Origin: Camelus ferus
Taxonomy: Eukaryota
DNA: 64,000 nucleotides
Assembly: GCF_009834535.1 (NCBI RefSeq)
Contig: NC_045701.1
Coordinates: 59,892,001-59,956,000 of the forward strand
Direction: 5' to 3'
Part shown: positions 12,031-24,269 of the stretch, one piece after another
Position numbering within the stretch: position 1 is the stretch's first letter
Layout: each line of letters opens with the position of its first letter
Notes under the pieces: generated by a model
What the model saw: the letters and a program-made list of their open reading frames with translations, nothing else
What the model was told of the DNA's origin: nothing
Database searches by the model: none
Made by a program: the position numbers and the translations under genes

Positions 12031-13559
12031 AAGTGGATGAGGGGATTCTGGGAGGGGGCTCATCCTGAGACAAAGATGCACCTGCCAGTGATTCCTTGAG
12101 GAAGTGCTCCCGAGTGGGAGTGGCAGAGCAGGAGGTGACAGAGGCTAAGCAAGGCTGTGACTTTCAGGAAAAATCCCACAGAGTGTGCATTGTCTTGACC
12201 CTATGGGGGAATTCTAACATATCTCAAACCATTTTCACTCATTTATTTATTCATGCCAAACTTGATCCACATAGGATTTGAGGTGGACTCTAAGGATATA
12301 TAAAATACAACAGGATTGCATAAAGATCTAAGAAAAGAAGAAAGGAAATGGGAGAGGAGCCTAAGGAAGATGCCAGGATTGGGGATAAAATGTATACTTT
12401 AATCAGCACACTCCCCCTACATGGGCCACGTGCTTGGCTACAACGTGAAAGGGAAACTTGGTCAGTTATGCAATTTGATGTTCAGAAAATAAATACCAAC
12501 TTCAGAAGTGCAACTATTTTTGATGCTAGGATGGGATGGGAATTTCTTCCAGAATGTTCATAAAGAGACCACTGTATAATTTTATAAGTAACCTCTTACA
12601 ATGTCCAGGAAAAAAAAACAATGAATCTCATGACAATTTTAAAAATAATGATTGTCAATAGAGGCTGACAGCATCTCATCAAAAACACAATCCAGCAAAA
12701 TCCACCTGTTGGGGGATGGATATGTTGTGGGTCAGATTACCAGTTCTCAGCTGCCCTTACCTGACCCAGAAGTAGATTTTAGAATATCTCACAGACTATC
12801 GCTTGAAAAATAACAGATGTCCTCCTTCAAGAAGCCCTTCCTGTTCTTTGCAACTGAAGGAAAGCTAAATATTAACTTAGAATGCACTTGAATTTTCTTC
12901 TCTATTTACTATCAGTTGCAGTTACTGTCTATTTGCAGTTGATTGTAGACCTACATGACTTGGTAGACATTTGTTCCAGGGGAGCACGTGTGGGCAGGGC
13001 ACAGTCTTCTCAGACATCATTTTGAATCTATGTTAACGCACAAGCTGATGAGCTGCCAAGGCTAAATGTTCTACTCACTACACCACAGTTGTATCAGTTT
13101 CATCCTGGAAAAAAATTTCAAGGAGGTATAGGCAGAAGTCTATCTCCATAAGCAATGTGCAGTTCTGGGTCTGGCTTGATTAGGCCCCTACCTGCATTTG
13201 ATAAAGGTGGATAACCTTAGAATAGTGTTTAATCAGTTCTGGAGCCACAGTGTCTTCCCATGGTGCTTCCTTCAATCAACGTTTTAAGATCATCTACACA
13301 GGGAGCAGGTAGAGAGTGACCTGTGACCCACACAACTGGGGCCATTGGCCTTACTCTCTGAGGCTAACAGAACTGATTCCTCCAGGAATCAGCAAGGATC
13401 CAGGTTTCTTTGGGGAACGTATGTCCTGCAGTAACTTTCCAGGACAAATAACCCACCAAGTGGCACAGTGCCAGCATTTCCTGCTGATTTTGCCTAGGAA
13501 GTATCTCTTGGATTCACCCTCCTTCCCATGCCCTTTGTCCCCCAAGTACAGGATATTGT

Positions 13560-13790
13560 GACCCCTCTCTTTGCTTACACCCTGGAGTCGACCTCTCCTA
13601 TCCAGTTTACCTTGCACACAGTAGCCAGACTTTCTGTTTTCCTTCCTAAGAAACCATTTCCTTCATGCCACTTTCCTGCTTAAGCATATAGTTGGTTACC
13701 AATTTCCTATCATGCTGCGACCAGATTTCTCTGACTGGACCCTCTACACCCTGGTTCTGCTCTACGTTCCCAACTTCATTAACCATTCTC
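13560..13790 (+). mobile_element. L2 LINE fragment
   Basis: CTTGCACACAGTAGCCAGA...CATGCCACTTTCCTGCTTAAG. Confidence 0.55.
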
Positions 13791-13959
13791 CCTTTTCTTC
13801 TGTGAATTAACACGGCATTTTGCTCATTCTATTTCTGTAACACTTGCCGCTTAGAAACTTATATACTACACTCTTTTACATTGTCTTCTGAATTTTTGTT
13901 TTATATATTAAATGCATATCAGTTTAGAATGATGATATCTTGCACTGACCCTATTTACC

Positions 13960-15560
13960 ACGAGCACAGCAAGTTTTTTTTTTCCCTGTAAAAAATCTAC
14001 TTGGTGTCATAGTAAAACAGACATACCAAATTTCTCTTGGTTTATATGCCTGAAAAATGATATTCTACCCATTTACTTTAGACCTTTCTATATCCTTATG
14101 AATCTCTGTAACAGCATATATCTAGATTTTCTTCTTACATTTATTTTGGTTACCAGTGTATTTACATTTATTTCCATTACTTTATTTTGCACCTTCTTTT
14201 TTTTCTATCTCCTCTGTTGCTTTATTTTTCTCTTGGCTTATTTTTGTATTGAATTACATCCTTTAGATTTCTCTTTGAATTAGAATTCTTTTGTATTAAA
14301 CTGTCCATTTTTGTTTATCTGAAAGTGTCTTGTTTTGTACTTGTTTCTGACAGTTTTTCTGGGTATAAAATTTTTATTTGATTTATTTTTTCTGCACATT
14401 GTAAATATTACTCCACTGTCTTTTGCCTTTCACTTTGCTGCTGAGCACTACTTGCTCCTTTACATTTGTTCTGTATTTTTCTCTGCAGATTTTTACTCAG
14501 CTTTTTAATGTCTTTACTATTCCTTGGTTTCATTATGATGTGTCTAGAAATGTTTTCCTAGTTATTTATCTTACTCAGGTTTCACTGGCTTCTTGAATAT
14601 CAGGTTTGAGATTTTTCAGTCATTCTAGAAATAATTGGAACACCTACTAGGTTTATGGTAGACTTTTGTGATTTATCCATGATTACTAGCCACTTTTTCA
14701 TATTTTCTCTTTTTATTCCTTGGACTAATTTCTGGATAATTACTTCAAATCCATTTTCTGGTTTGTAAGTTCTCTTTATATCCATTTAATCTGCTAGTTA
14801 ACATATCCATTGAATTCTAAACTTCTAGAAAATCTATTTTTATAATTCCCTGTTTTTTGCTTATATTTTCAGGTCTTTCTATTATTTCTTAAAGCATAGT
14901 GAACCTATTTTTATATTCTGTATCTGATAATTTCAGTTCCTGAAGTCTTTGTAGATCTAATTTTGCTGACTGTCATTTATTGTGCCTTGTTTGTTTATAT
15001 ATTTTGTGATTTGCGACTGAGAGTTCATGTTCTTGGTGCCTTATCTGTGGGAATTCTTTGAAAACTGAGTTGCAGTTGACAACTCCAGAAAAGATTTGTG
15101 CCTCCTTTTGTTAATTGCCCAAGGGGAATTACAACTTGGAACTTCTTTTAATTAAATTCGTCACTTGAGATTTTAGCTTACAGAGATAGTATGAATTCAG
15201 ATCTTAAACCTATATGAAGACTGGCTCCATCCAGTGTCAAGTTTCCTTGATAGTGCCCTCTGCAGAGTGAGCTTATTTCCAGCCTACTCTAACTCAGATA
15301 TGTGTCTCTCGGGGATCCTGGCTTTATGCAAAAGTCTTCTGTTTGATTCCCCATCTTGGTTGGATCCTGGGCTTTTTCTCTCATCTCCTGTCCTGAGCAG
15401 TTATCACAATAAAAGCACAGTCACCAGAGTTTTATGGATAGCCTCCTAGAGTTCCTGCTTTCAGTGAATTTTTGGCCTCTGCAGATTTATTATTTTCCTT
15501 TAGTTCAAGAAATCATTTAAAATTATTTTTTAAGTTATAATTTTAAAATACTTAATCAAA
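13960..15560 (-). mobile_element. Old L1 fragment, highly decayed
   Basis: About 1.6 kb T-rich tract with antisense L1 phrases (GTTTTTCTGGGTATAAAATT, CACTGTCTTTTG CC, TTCACTGGCTTCTTGAAT, TTTCCAGCCTAC-like). Confidence 0.7.
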
Positions 15561-15739
15561 ATGGCTTTTCAGATGATCTAGTTGACCATATTTTTGTAGA
15601 GAGACAGGAAGGCACTTATGTCTTCTCTACATTGCTAGGTTATAAGCTTCTTGAGGAAGGATCATTTCTTATCAGTCTTTGTGTCTTATTTTCCATGAGT
15701 GTTATCCATGGTTCCTAGCACAGTGTTTAAACAATTAAA

Positions 15740-16203
15740 TGCTATGGAATTAATTTTCTGTATTATGGCTATAGTGACAAGTCATTTGATCAAACACCAG
15801 TCTAGGTGTTGCTCTGAAGGTATTCTAAAGATGTGATTAGCATTTACAACCAGCAGACTTTAAGCAAACCAGATTACCCTCCATAATGTGGGCTCGCCTT
15901 ATCAATCAGTTGGAGACCTTAAGAACAAGTACTGAGGCTTTCCAAAGAAGAAACAATTCTGCCTCAAGACTGAAACATAGAAACCCTGTCTGAATTTCCA
16001 GCCTACAGACTTGCCCTCTGGATTTCAGATGCAAGATTTCAACATCACCTCTCACCTACATTTCCTGCCTGCCAGGTCAGCCTGTAGATTTCAGATTTGC
16101 CACCTCTACAGTTGCATGAGCCAGTTCTTTAAAATAAATCTCCCTATGTACATAAAAATATATCCCACTGGTTCTGTTTCTCTGGAGAAACCTGACCAAT
16201 ACA
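15740..16203 (+). mobile_element. MLT2B/D-like (ERVL) solo LTR inserted into an L2 3' end
   Basis: GGTCAAACACCAGTCTAGGTGTTGCT-like start, AGCAGATTACCCTCCATAATGTGGG-like core, AATAAA at about 16133, ending GGTTCTGTTTCTCTGGAGAAACCTGACCAATACA. Confidence 0.85.
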
Positions 16204-16340
16204 GACACTCAAAAAATATTTATAAATATCTGTTAAGCGAATGTATTTGTAAACAAAAGGCATCTAATGAGTGTTGGCTGTTTAGTTGTTTGATTTATTA
16301 AAGCTTCTATCCTGAGGCTTGCCTCCTTCTTAGGGCTTGC

Positions 16341-16413
16341 GCCTGCCTGCCTTCCTTCCTTCCTTCCTTCCTTCCTTCCTTCCTTCCTTCCTTCCTTCCT
16401 TCCTTCCTTCCTT
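16341..16413. repeat. (GCCT)n then (CCTT) x about 16 tetranucleotide microsatellite
   Basis: Directly visible, uninterrupted CCTT array. Confidence 0.95.
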
Positions 16414-17029
16414 TTTTAGTAAAAGAGTTAACCTAAGCTCTGTTCCACTTTCTATTTAGCAATAAAGCTTTGGGAGATATTTCCAAATTCAGATCCTGTT
16501 CCTCAACCTGTGTTCAATTTTGTGTGACACAGGAGACCTTTGTGCCAGACTCAGAATCAAGACTGCTGCTCAGAACTGATCCAAATTTTAAGAGACATTC
16601 AGGAGAACCACCAGGCATCTAGGGCTGCACAGTCCCCTCTGTACAAGGTCGTGGTATAAAGTCCTTGGCAGATTTCACACAGTCTGCTAATAAAATGTAT
16701 GGTTCAGGGCTTGAAGCATTTCTGGGCTATTTCTCTCCACATTTATTTTGCGATCCAGGTCCTAGGCACCTTTTATTATCAGGTTGGCAAAAAAAAAAAA
16801 AAAAAAAAAACAAACCTGGGGATAAAGAAAGAAAATCAGAAAAGTCAAGGGTTACCAAAGAAATAAGAAGCAGTGATAAACAGTTGGAGGACACATTCAC
16901 AGACCTTCTGGAGAAAGAGTCTAGAAAATTCCACCTCTAACTTCTCCAAGCTCGTAAGTCATGCTTCTATCCTCACATGGAAAGCCCTTCACTGCTTTTT
17001 AGGCTTAAAAGAAGCTGGGTTACAAAGCA

Positions 17030-17120
17030 GGGGGAGGAGTAATAGCTCAAGTGGTAAAGCATACGCTTAGCATGCATGAAGCCCTGAGTTCAACCTCCAG
17101 TATCTCCACCGGAAAAAAAA
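17030..17120 (+). mobile_element. Vic-1 SINE, older diverged copy
   Basis: tRNA-Ala-like head (TAGCTCAAGTGGTA...CTTAGCATGCA...GAGTTCAACC) plus A run; flanks show only a degenerate TSD. Confidence 0.8.
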
Positions 17121-18635
17121 AGTTAGGTTGCCAAAGAGTTGGTTCTTGAGTTGCTGTCACATGAGTGAGTTTGACTAGGCTCAACAGCAAAAGTGAAAGT
17201 GTTCCATTGTTTTGTGTAGCTTTGTGTTACAAAATTAAGGTAATTTTAAAAAATTGTCATTAATTTAACATAGTTGTTTCTCCATGGAGAAGACTTGGGG
17301 CCAGGCCAGGAGAGGTTATTCTGTCTGACATTAAGTATGAAACTCTTACACATGGAATGTTGTGGTCAGAGCTGCCTCTTTCGGAAACTCCAGCCCCTTA
17401 ATCTGGTAGTGGCTAGATGGGAACACACATTTGTAAGAAGTCATCAAGCTGTGTACTTCCGGTGTACGCTCTTTACTAAGAGTGAGCTGTACTGCCGCAT
17501 CTCAGCTTAAAGGAGAAAAAGAGGCCCTTCGAGTGTAGAGGGTAGATTGGCAGTGGAATTCGTCTTTTGAGTTCCCGTTAACACTTAGGTTCACAGTCCA
17601 GTGTCTCCTTAGTCCTGCCGTCTCCACTTACTGCTCCCACATGTCTTCTTGACCTCTCCACAATTCACCTCAGCCACAACAGGAATGTCATCACACTTTC
17701 CCTCCCCACTGACTAATGGCAATTCCACTAGAATAGGTATGGGAAAGGCGTGCTCCAGGCCTGGGAAGAACATTCCTGTGGCATATAAAGGAAAGGATAC
17801 ATTGCTGTGGTACCGCGATACACGGCTGTGCACCCTGGATTCACGGAGCTGACTCAGATCTCCGCTAGGATCTTTGACGAGAAATCTTCTGCTCTTCGAA
17901 AAATCCCTCTTCTACTTTTTAAAAGAACTCCCATTTTGTAAGTTTCCAAACCTCTCTCAGGCCAGAGCAGATATTGTAAACCTCATGCTAAGGCAACTAT
18001 GGGACCTGCCTTGGGGGCTTATGAAGTTTTGATTTTATCTTCTGTTTCTTTCTCCGGCATAGCTGACGTTATGTTTCTGGTTGGTAGACGTGAATGCGGA
18101 GCTACCCTGAGGTGGGACGTTCCGGTCCCCAGCATACTTAACTTCGACTCACTTTTGTTTCTCTTCTCTGGTTCAGTCAAATTCATGAAAGAGTTATCTG
18201 CTGGAAAATGAAGTCAAAATAAGCTAGTTTCCCTCCAAATAGCAAAACTTGAAATATTTTTAAAGGGAGGGGGACCACATCTACCTCACTTATCACAATC
18301 ATCCATCCTATTGGCCTCTGCCTCCCTGTCTCCTCATCCTCTAACTCTACACCCTCTTCTTGAGCTACCCACACACCCATAGCCAGCCCTTCATCAGATC
18401 CCTGTAGATGCAGGTAAGACATCCTCCCTCGGGGCTTGAATGATAAACTTTGGTAAGTAAATGAACACATTCACCAGATTTATGGTTACCAAATGAATAG
18501 TTTTGTACATTCCAAAATGGCCAAATGCACCTAAAAGGTTGTTAGTCAATATAGCTGCAAAGTACGATGTTCTCCTGCCCACCCTCCCCAGATTTCAAGG
18601 GGAAAAAAAAGCGAGAGTGGAAGCAAAGCCTACAC

Positions 18636-18767
18636 NNNNNNNNNNNNNNNNNNNNNNNNNNNNNNNNNNNNNNNNNNNNNNNNNNNNNNNNNNNNNNNNN
18701 NNNNNNNNNNNNNNNNNNNNNNNNNNNNNNNNNNNNNNNNNNNNNNNNNNNNNNNNNNNNNNNNNNN
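18636..18767. other. N run (132 nt)
   Basis: Directly visible. Confidence 1.
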
Positions 18768-19286
18768 TTGACAGGCTGGATGCTTTGATCCTCAAATATT
18801 ACAGTGATTTCTCCAGTGCCCTCCTACACCCTATCCCTCCTCACCCCCCAGCCTCCCAGTTACAACTGGGGCTTTGTAACCTGATGCTCTGTAAAGAACG
18901 TTTCCACAAAAGCATTAAGACATGTCCTCGCATAATATTAAACCTGTCCCCCGATTGCCCTCCTCCTCCTCTCAAGCACAGTCCCCTCCCGAGGCTTCCA
19001 CCGTGAGACTGGGCTGGCAGGAGAAGCTGGCTCAGCTGTTTCGAATTAGGGGCAATGGGAGGCTTCCTTGTAATATACGACTTAATCAGGAGTCCCTGAA
19101 GTAAACAGTCCAAACCGAGTCTGGAAATGACCCGAAATTGGACTTCATAAGCCTCCTTTGGCTTTGGAGCTGGGAAGGAATTTGAACCTCTCGTAGGTGT
19201 GTGACACGTTATCATTAGCAGATGGATAGCTGTTGTCCTCGGACCCCCATAGGGATGAAGTATGCTGTGTGGTGGCTGTGTACTCT

Positions 19287-19387
19287 TAGGGTCGCCAGAA
19301 AAAATATAGGATGCCTAGTTAAGTTTGAATTTCAGATAAAAAACATTTTTTATACATATAAATGTCCCAACTATTGCATGGCAACCA
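19287..19387. mobile_element. MER53 hAT MITE, internally deleted
   Basis: TAGGGTCGCCAGA...ATAGGATGCCTAGTTAAGTTTGAATTTCAGATAAA...TGGCAACC; both terminal inverted repeats recognisable. Confidence 0.8.
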
Positions 19388-19929
19388 TTGTGTTCTAGTA
19401 TTATAGTGTCATTACTGTAATTTTCAGGAGTGAGGGAGCCATGCTGTTCGTTATGTTGCCTCCTTCCCATCACGGTAGGGGTGGTGAACTTCTCTAAGGC
19501 TCCATCTGAAAACCTTGGGTCATTTCTGTTTCTGTTGGTCCATGATTTCTCCATACGACCAGTTCCCTGTCACTTTTACTCTGATGAGCAGCCAGAGTTA
19601 GTGTCACGAATAAGAAGGAAACTGCTGCCCATGAGCACTCCCCCCTCCCCTTAAACCCGAAGCTGAACACTTAAAATGTTGTCATTATATGAATCAGTTC
19701 TGTGTCTTAGGGCTTTAGTACCCGAGGAGACATATTACTTGATGTTACTCAAATGAATCATTACCAATACCCACCATTAAATAAAAACAGAAACATACAA
19801 AAAGGAACATTTGAGTTGCTATCATTTCCTCTAATGGTAACCATTTAGAAAATTCTGTCATATTTTTCAACTTTGCAGCAAAGCTTCTTTATAAGTTACA
19901 TTTGTCTTCGTCGTTTGAGAGCCACAGAA

Positions 19930-20185
19930 AAGTGGCTTGTGAGAAATGAGGCCGAGATCTCAGAGCCGCTTTATCAAAATATTGAGAAAAGAGTCAGAAG
20001 GCTCAGGGACGTGGCAGTGTTAAGATGGACTTACTATGTAAGACTTGAGAATCTGCCACTCAATTCCATTCCTTGGGAGGGCTTAGAATATCTTCTTCTC
20101 ACTAAAGGTAGAAGGACTGCATGCAGGTGGGGCATCCATATTTTTGAGCTCAGTGGTTAATTGTGGGAGATGCTGCGCTGGTCCT
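19930..20185 (+). pseudogene. ERV-L-class gag (capsid) fossil
   Basis: Translation KWLVRNEAEISEPLYQNIEKRVRRLRDVAVLRWTYYVRLENLPLNSIPWEGLEYLLLTKG, then frameshifted GASIFLSSVV and VGDAA. Resembles the recalled ERV-L gag pattern NEVEMPELPW..EEGIQRLREIGMLEWIYYVRP.NPP..VPWEGPEDTPFTKA..RGAPASLKSSVV..TVGDA. Confidence 0.75.
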
Positions 20186-23100
20186 AGAAGACCCCTGGAA
20201 AGGCACAGTCCTAGGACCCCAGCATCCCCCTTTCTCCCAAACCAAATCACTCCAACAGCAAATCCCAGCTTCCCGTTGCATGTACCCTGCCCCAAAATGG
20301 TTATGCCAATGGTGAATTCTCCTGACTGTCCCCGCCTAAGGACACCTCCTCTGTCAGGTGGCAGGGTCCTGCTAGGAGGTGTACACTCCAAAGAGAAACT
20401 TTTTGATCACCTCAGAGATATAGCTAGTGGACTAAACAAGAGGAAAAGCCCCCACAAAATTCGAAGTTTATTAGATTGGGTGAAGGAAAAGGAAGCTCCA
20501 TCTCACCCTGCATGCCAGTCAGGCAGGACAGGGCATTTGAGGATTAAAGAGATTTCTCAGGAAATACAACAGGAAATGGGGGCGGGGTTTACAAACAGTG
20601 TTGGAAGGAAACACTGTGACAGTGAAAAATTAGGTAAGATTTGCAAGAGCCAACAATGAGGAAACCAAGAGATAGTCTCGTGGCACAGAGCACCAAAGAC
20701 AAAGAGTTCAACTGGAAGGGCTCACTCCACACCAAAGACATAATAAGAAAAGGCAAGAGAGGAAATTGTTCCAATAGTGCAGGCAACCTGCTTGCCTGGA
20801 AAATTCATAAGGAAAGGCTAGGTGTATTAACATCATCAACACAGGAGTCAAAAACAAGGCTAGGTAGCAGTAAAGAATATGACGGTAGGAGAAAAGGAGG
20901 GAAAGAAAAGGATTAAAATTAAAAAGGAAAACTAAGCCAGCAAAGATACAGAATTTAAATTTTTTTTGGTATTTATTCCTGTTCCCACATTTTATTGTAT
21001 TTCCCTGGCAGACATCCACACTCTGGTAAGTCTGGGGGAGAGGGAGGGGTTGGCAGAATAATGTTGCTTTGGGGACTTAAATCTTATTACTTGGTGCTGT
21101 TAGGGTTGGGTAGACATTTATAAAAATTACATGCTGTAGTGGCAGGTCATTTTTTTTTAAAATTAATCTTGAGCTTCAAATTTAGGACAAAGGTGAGGGT
21201 TTAAAAGAAATGAGGGGAAATAGGATGAAGGCAAAAAGAAAGTGGGGTGCCAGTGGGCAGCAGTTGGCTTGGAGGAAGGTGGAGAACCCATTGGTGACCG
21301 AGAATGAGGGAAACCCAGCTTCCAGATCCCTGATGAACCAGACACATTTACTTCCAGGAACTTGCCTTTTGGGATGCTTACTTCCCTAGGGCTCGTCCAT
21401 TAAATTAACATTATAAGCCACACGCTTAGACAAAATCACTGGAGTTGGGTTTGGAGGTTAGATACCATCATAATTAGCCCTGCTTTTCACATTTTTATTA
21501 TTATTTTTAATCTCGCTCTTTGCTTGCCCTCATGTTCTGCTCAGGGAAATTTTGGCACATCTCACTTCCCTCGTGTGCATCCCCCCACCCTCTTCTTCCC
21601 TTTGCTCCTCATCGGAGGCTCATATTAGGGTGACACCTGTCTGAGGTCTGGGATCTGAGCTGCTGCCTCCTGCATTCCTCCTACATTGATTCTGTCTCTA
21701 AGGATGGGATCTGACCTCCTCCTGAGAACCTCACTGCTCAGAGCACAGCTGTCTTTGCAGAAGCTTTTCCACTTCTTGGTCTTCAGGAGGATGGCATCCT
21801 TCCTCCAAGCCAGGCACTCCAGACTGCCTTCCTCTTCCTTCTTGCTGCAGCTTTGTAAAGTCATTTTCTAAAACATTCACCTGAGGAGAGAAGAAGGGTT
21901 ACAGGTGCCTATTTACCCCAGTGACTGTTTGCTAAAAGCCCACCTGGGAAACTATTTACAGTCCAAATGGTCCACAGGGATTGTCTCCCAGTACAGTGTC
22001 CCCATTTAGGTAAGAGCCCTCTGGGGCCTGAGTGAGGGGAGGTAGGGGCAGCTCCCTCCCCAGCACCGCCTGACCTGGCCCTTGTCACCGCAGCGTGCTG
22101 AGATCACCTTCTGAAAAGTAGATTCTGTAAAGTGATATTTTCCTCTTTTCTAATCTCAGAGAAGTTGTCAGACCAGTTCTGAGCCTCCCCATAGGCACTG
22201 TTCTTTGCTACACAATTTGATATGTGATGCTGGGTTTAATCATGAAACTAGTGTATCCAGGACCATCAAAAGATTTTCGCAAGGAAATATCTTTGAAATG
22301 ATTCTCGGTTGCTCAGTGTCTTGCTTCAGTTTTGTTCTTATTAGATTGTGTGCATTTTTGTTATTTCTTCAGAGTGGTACAGCCCAGAGGAGCATTTCCC
22401 TCCGTAGTATCCTTGTGTGTATATCTCTTTTAACTCCATTATTAAGACATAAGTGGCATTTTACTCCAAAACTCCTTCATACACATGGACTTGGAGAGAT
22501 ACAGACTAGATTCACATTTCCTGTATTGAAATACTTGCACAAAAATGCTGTTCCTTCTGGTTTATCAAGTAAGCTAACGTGTCTCCCGAGCATTTTGAGT
22601 TCAGACATGAACAGCTCCGTGAACCTTTTTGTGTGTGAATCATTTGAGCTTTGGACGGGTTTCCTCAAGGGGAGATACGATTGCATAACATTTTCTGCTT
22701 CTACCTGAAATGTTTCATGAGATGATCTTTCAGCAAAGACTGTTAGTTTTACAATGGCTAAGCAGTGTTTGAGAAAATAAACTCTGTGTGGACTAAAAGC
22801 TTTCAGCTTCTGGCTTGTATTCTGTCTTCTCAGAAGACCAAAGGGCTGTCATGAGCTCATGAAACTTGAACCTCAAAGATTCCATTAATTGATCTATTCC
22901 TGCTTCCACATTTTAATCCCAGTGGCCAGTTTCACACCCATCACATTTTGGAGGCTTGGAAAACTCAGGAGATAATTTCAGCCTGTCAAAACACAGCTTT
23001 TTTTTTTTTTTTCCTTTAACTTTTGAAAAAGTCATTGATTCTCATTTTTTTTGCACCAACTAGCCCAACTCTTCGTCTTGTTGAATCACCCCAGGGGATT

Positions 23101-24269
23101 TAAGCTCTGCGATCCATCTCCCCTCAAGCAAAAATATTTCACAGGCTCTTAGAAGTGGAGAGGACCCTAGAGTTGTTTAGTCTCACCCATTTCGTCAGGG
23201 TCAGCACAGGAAAGGATCCAGGGAGAGGAAAGAGGAATCCTACAATACTGGGGGGACTTTACCCAGAAAGAAAAGATTGTTGCAGCCTTCAGATTCCAGA
23301 CACTTTCCACCATGAAGGCCCATAAAATGGCGGACATCACAGGGACCAGAAAGGAGAATGGGGTAAAGGTTAAAGATTTTCCTTTTGGTTTGAGTTTAAA
23401 GTGAAGTGACAATGTTTCCCTACAACCCACTTCAGCTTTTAGATGGTCTGGAGTGTCTTGCCTTTGAGGCTGCAGCCTGAGATGAGTTAGCACAATTTCC
23501 GCTGCCTGCATCCTATATAGCTTCGTCCTTGGCTCCTACCATTTGGCCCCAGCTCAGCTTCTCTCCAACTCCTGCCCTCCTCCCCAGCCTCCTGGGACGA
23601 CTCTGTTGCCTGATCTTTATTGCTCTTTTCCCACACTCCATCATCTGGCGTGATACCGGCCTCTGAATTTATTTATTAGGACTCAGATCTACCGTAGACA
23701 ACCCCACGCTTCCTGTCTGACACAGCGGCTTTGTGGCAGAGCACAGGAGGGGCGCTGCTGTCATAAACAGTCGTAGGAAGTCAGCGCCCAGAGAAGTAGG
23801 GCCAGAGGCTGGCCCCCGAGCAACCCTCTGGAGGCCTCTTGGAGCCAAATTGGTTTTTCAAAACTTCATACTCAACAGTCCCCCAGTCCAGATGGGCAGC
23901 CACAAACAGCTGCTCGTGGGGGAGTGCATTCGCCACTGGCAACCTTCTACCCAACACGTCTGGCCTTCACTGAGGACACTACCTCTATTTTTAAAAAATT
24001 AGCATTTTGCTTAAGAAGCTTAATCTTTGTCATCAATGTTCCCATTCAATATGTTTAAGCAGCCTGCAGACCTAGACTGTGTCTTTTATTTTTTTAAAGC
24101 AGGTAATACATTCACGTTGTTGAGAGCTCAAAATGATATTAAAAATATAGACGTGAAGTCTCACTCCTGCCCTTGACCCTGTGCCCCCATCCCCACCTGC
24201 TGTGAGTAACCACTTTTATTAGTTTCTTATATACCCTTTCAGTGCTGCTTTTTATTTTCATTTTTCCAC

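Noticed and set aside
14575-16195. SIX/MEF3 motifs TCAGGTTTC (14575) and GAAACCTGA (16187)
   Set aside because: Both lie inside transposon remnants and are isolated.
18341-18420. Possible small plus-strand exon (CTAAC branch, acceptor 18364, CAG|GTAAGA donor 18413)
   Set aside because: The acceptor is a disfavoured GAG and there is no supporting frame or partner exon.
20144-20659. 171-aa ORF
   Set aside because: Non-ATG start; runs across the ERV-L fossil end and probable old LINE/LTR debris with no coherent homology.
22205-22708. 167-aa ORF
   Set aside because: TTG start, composition typical of translated non-coding T-rich DNA, no domain.
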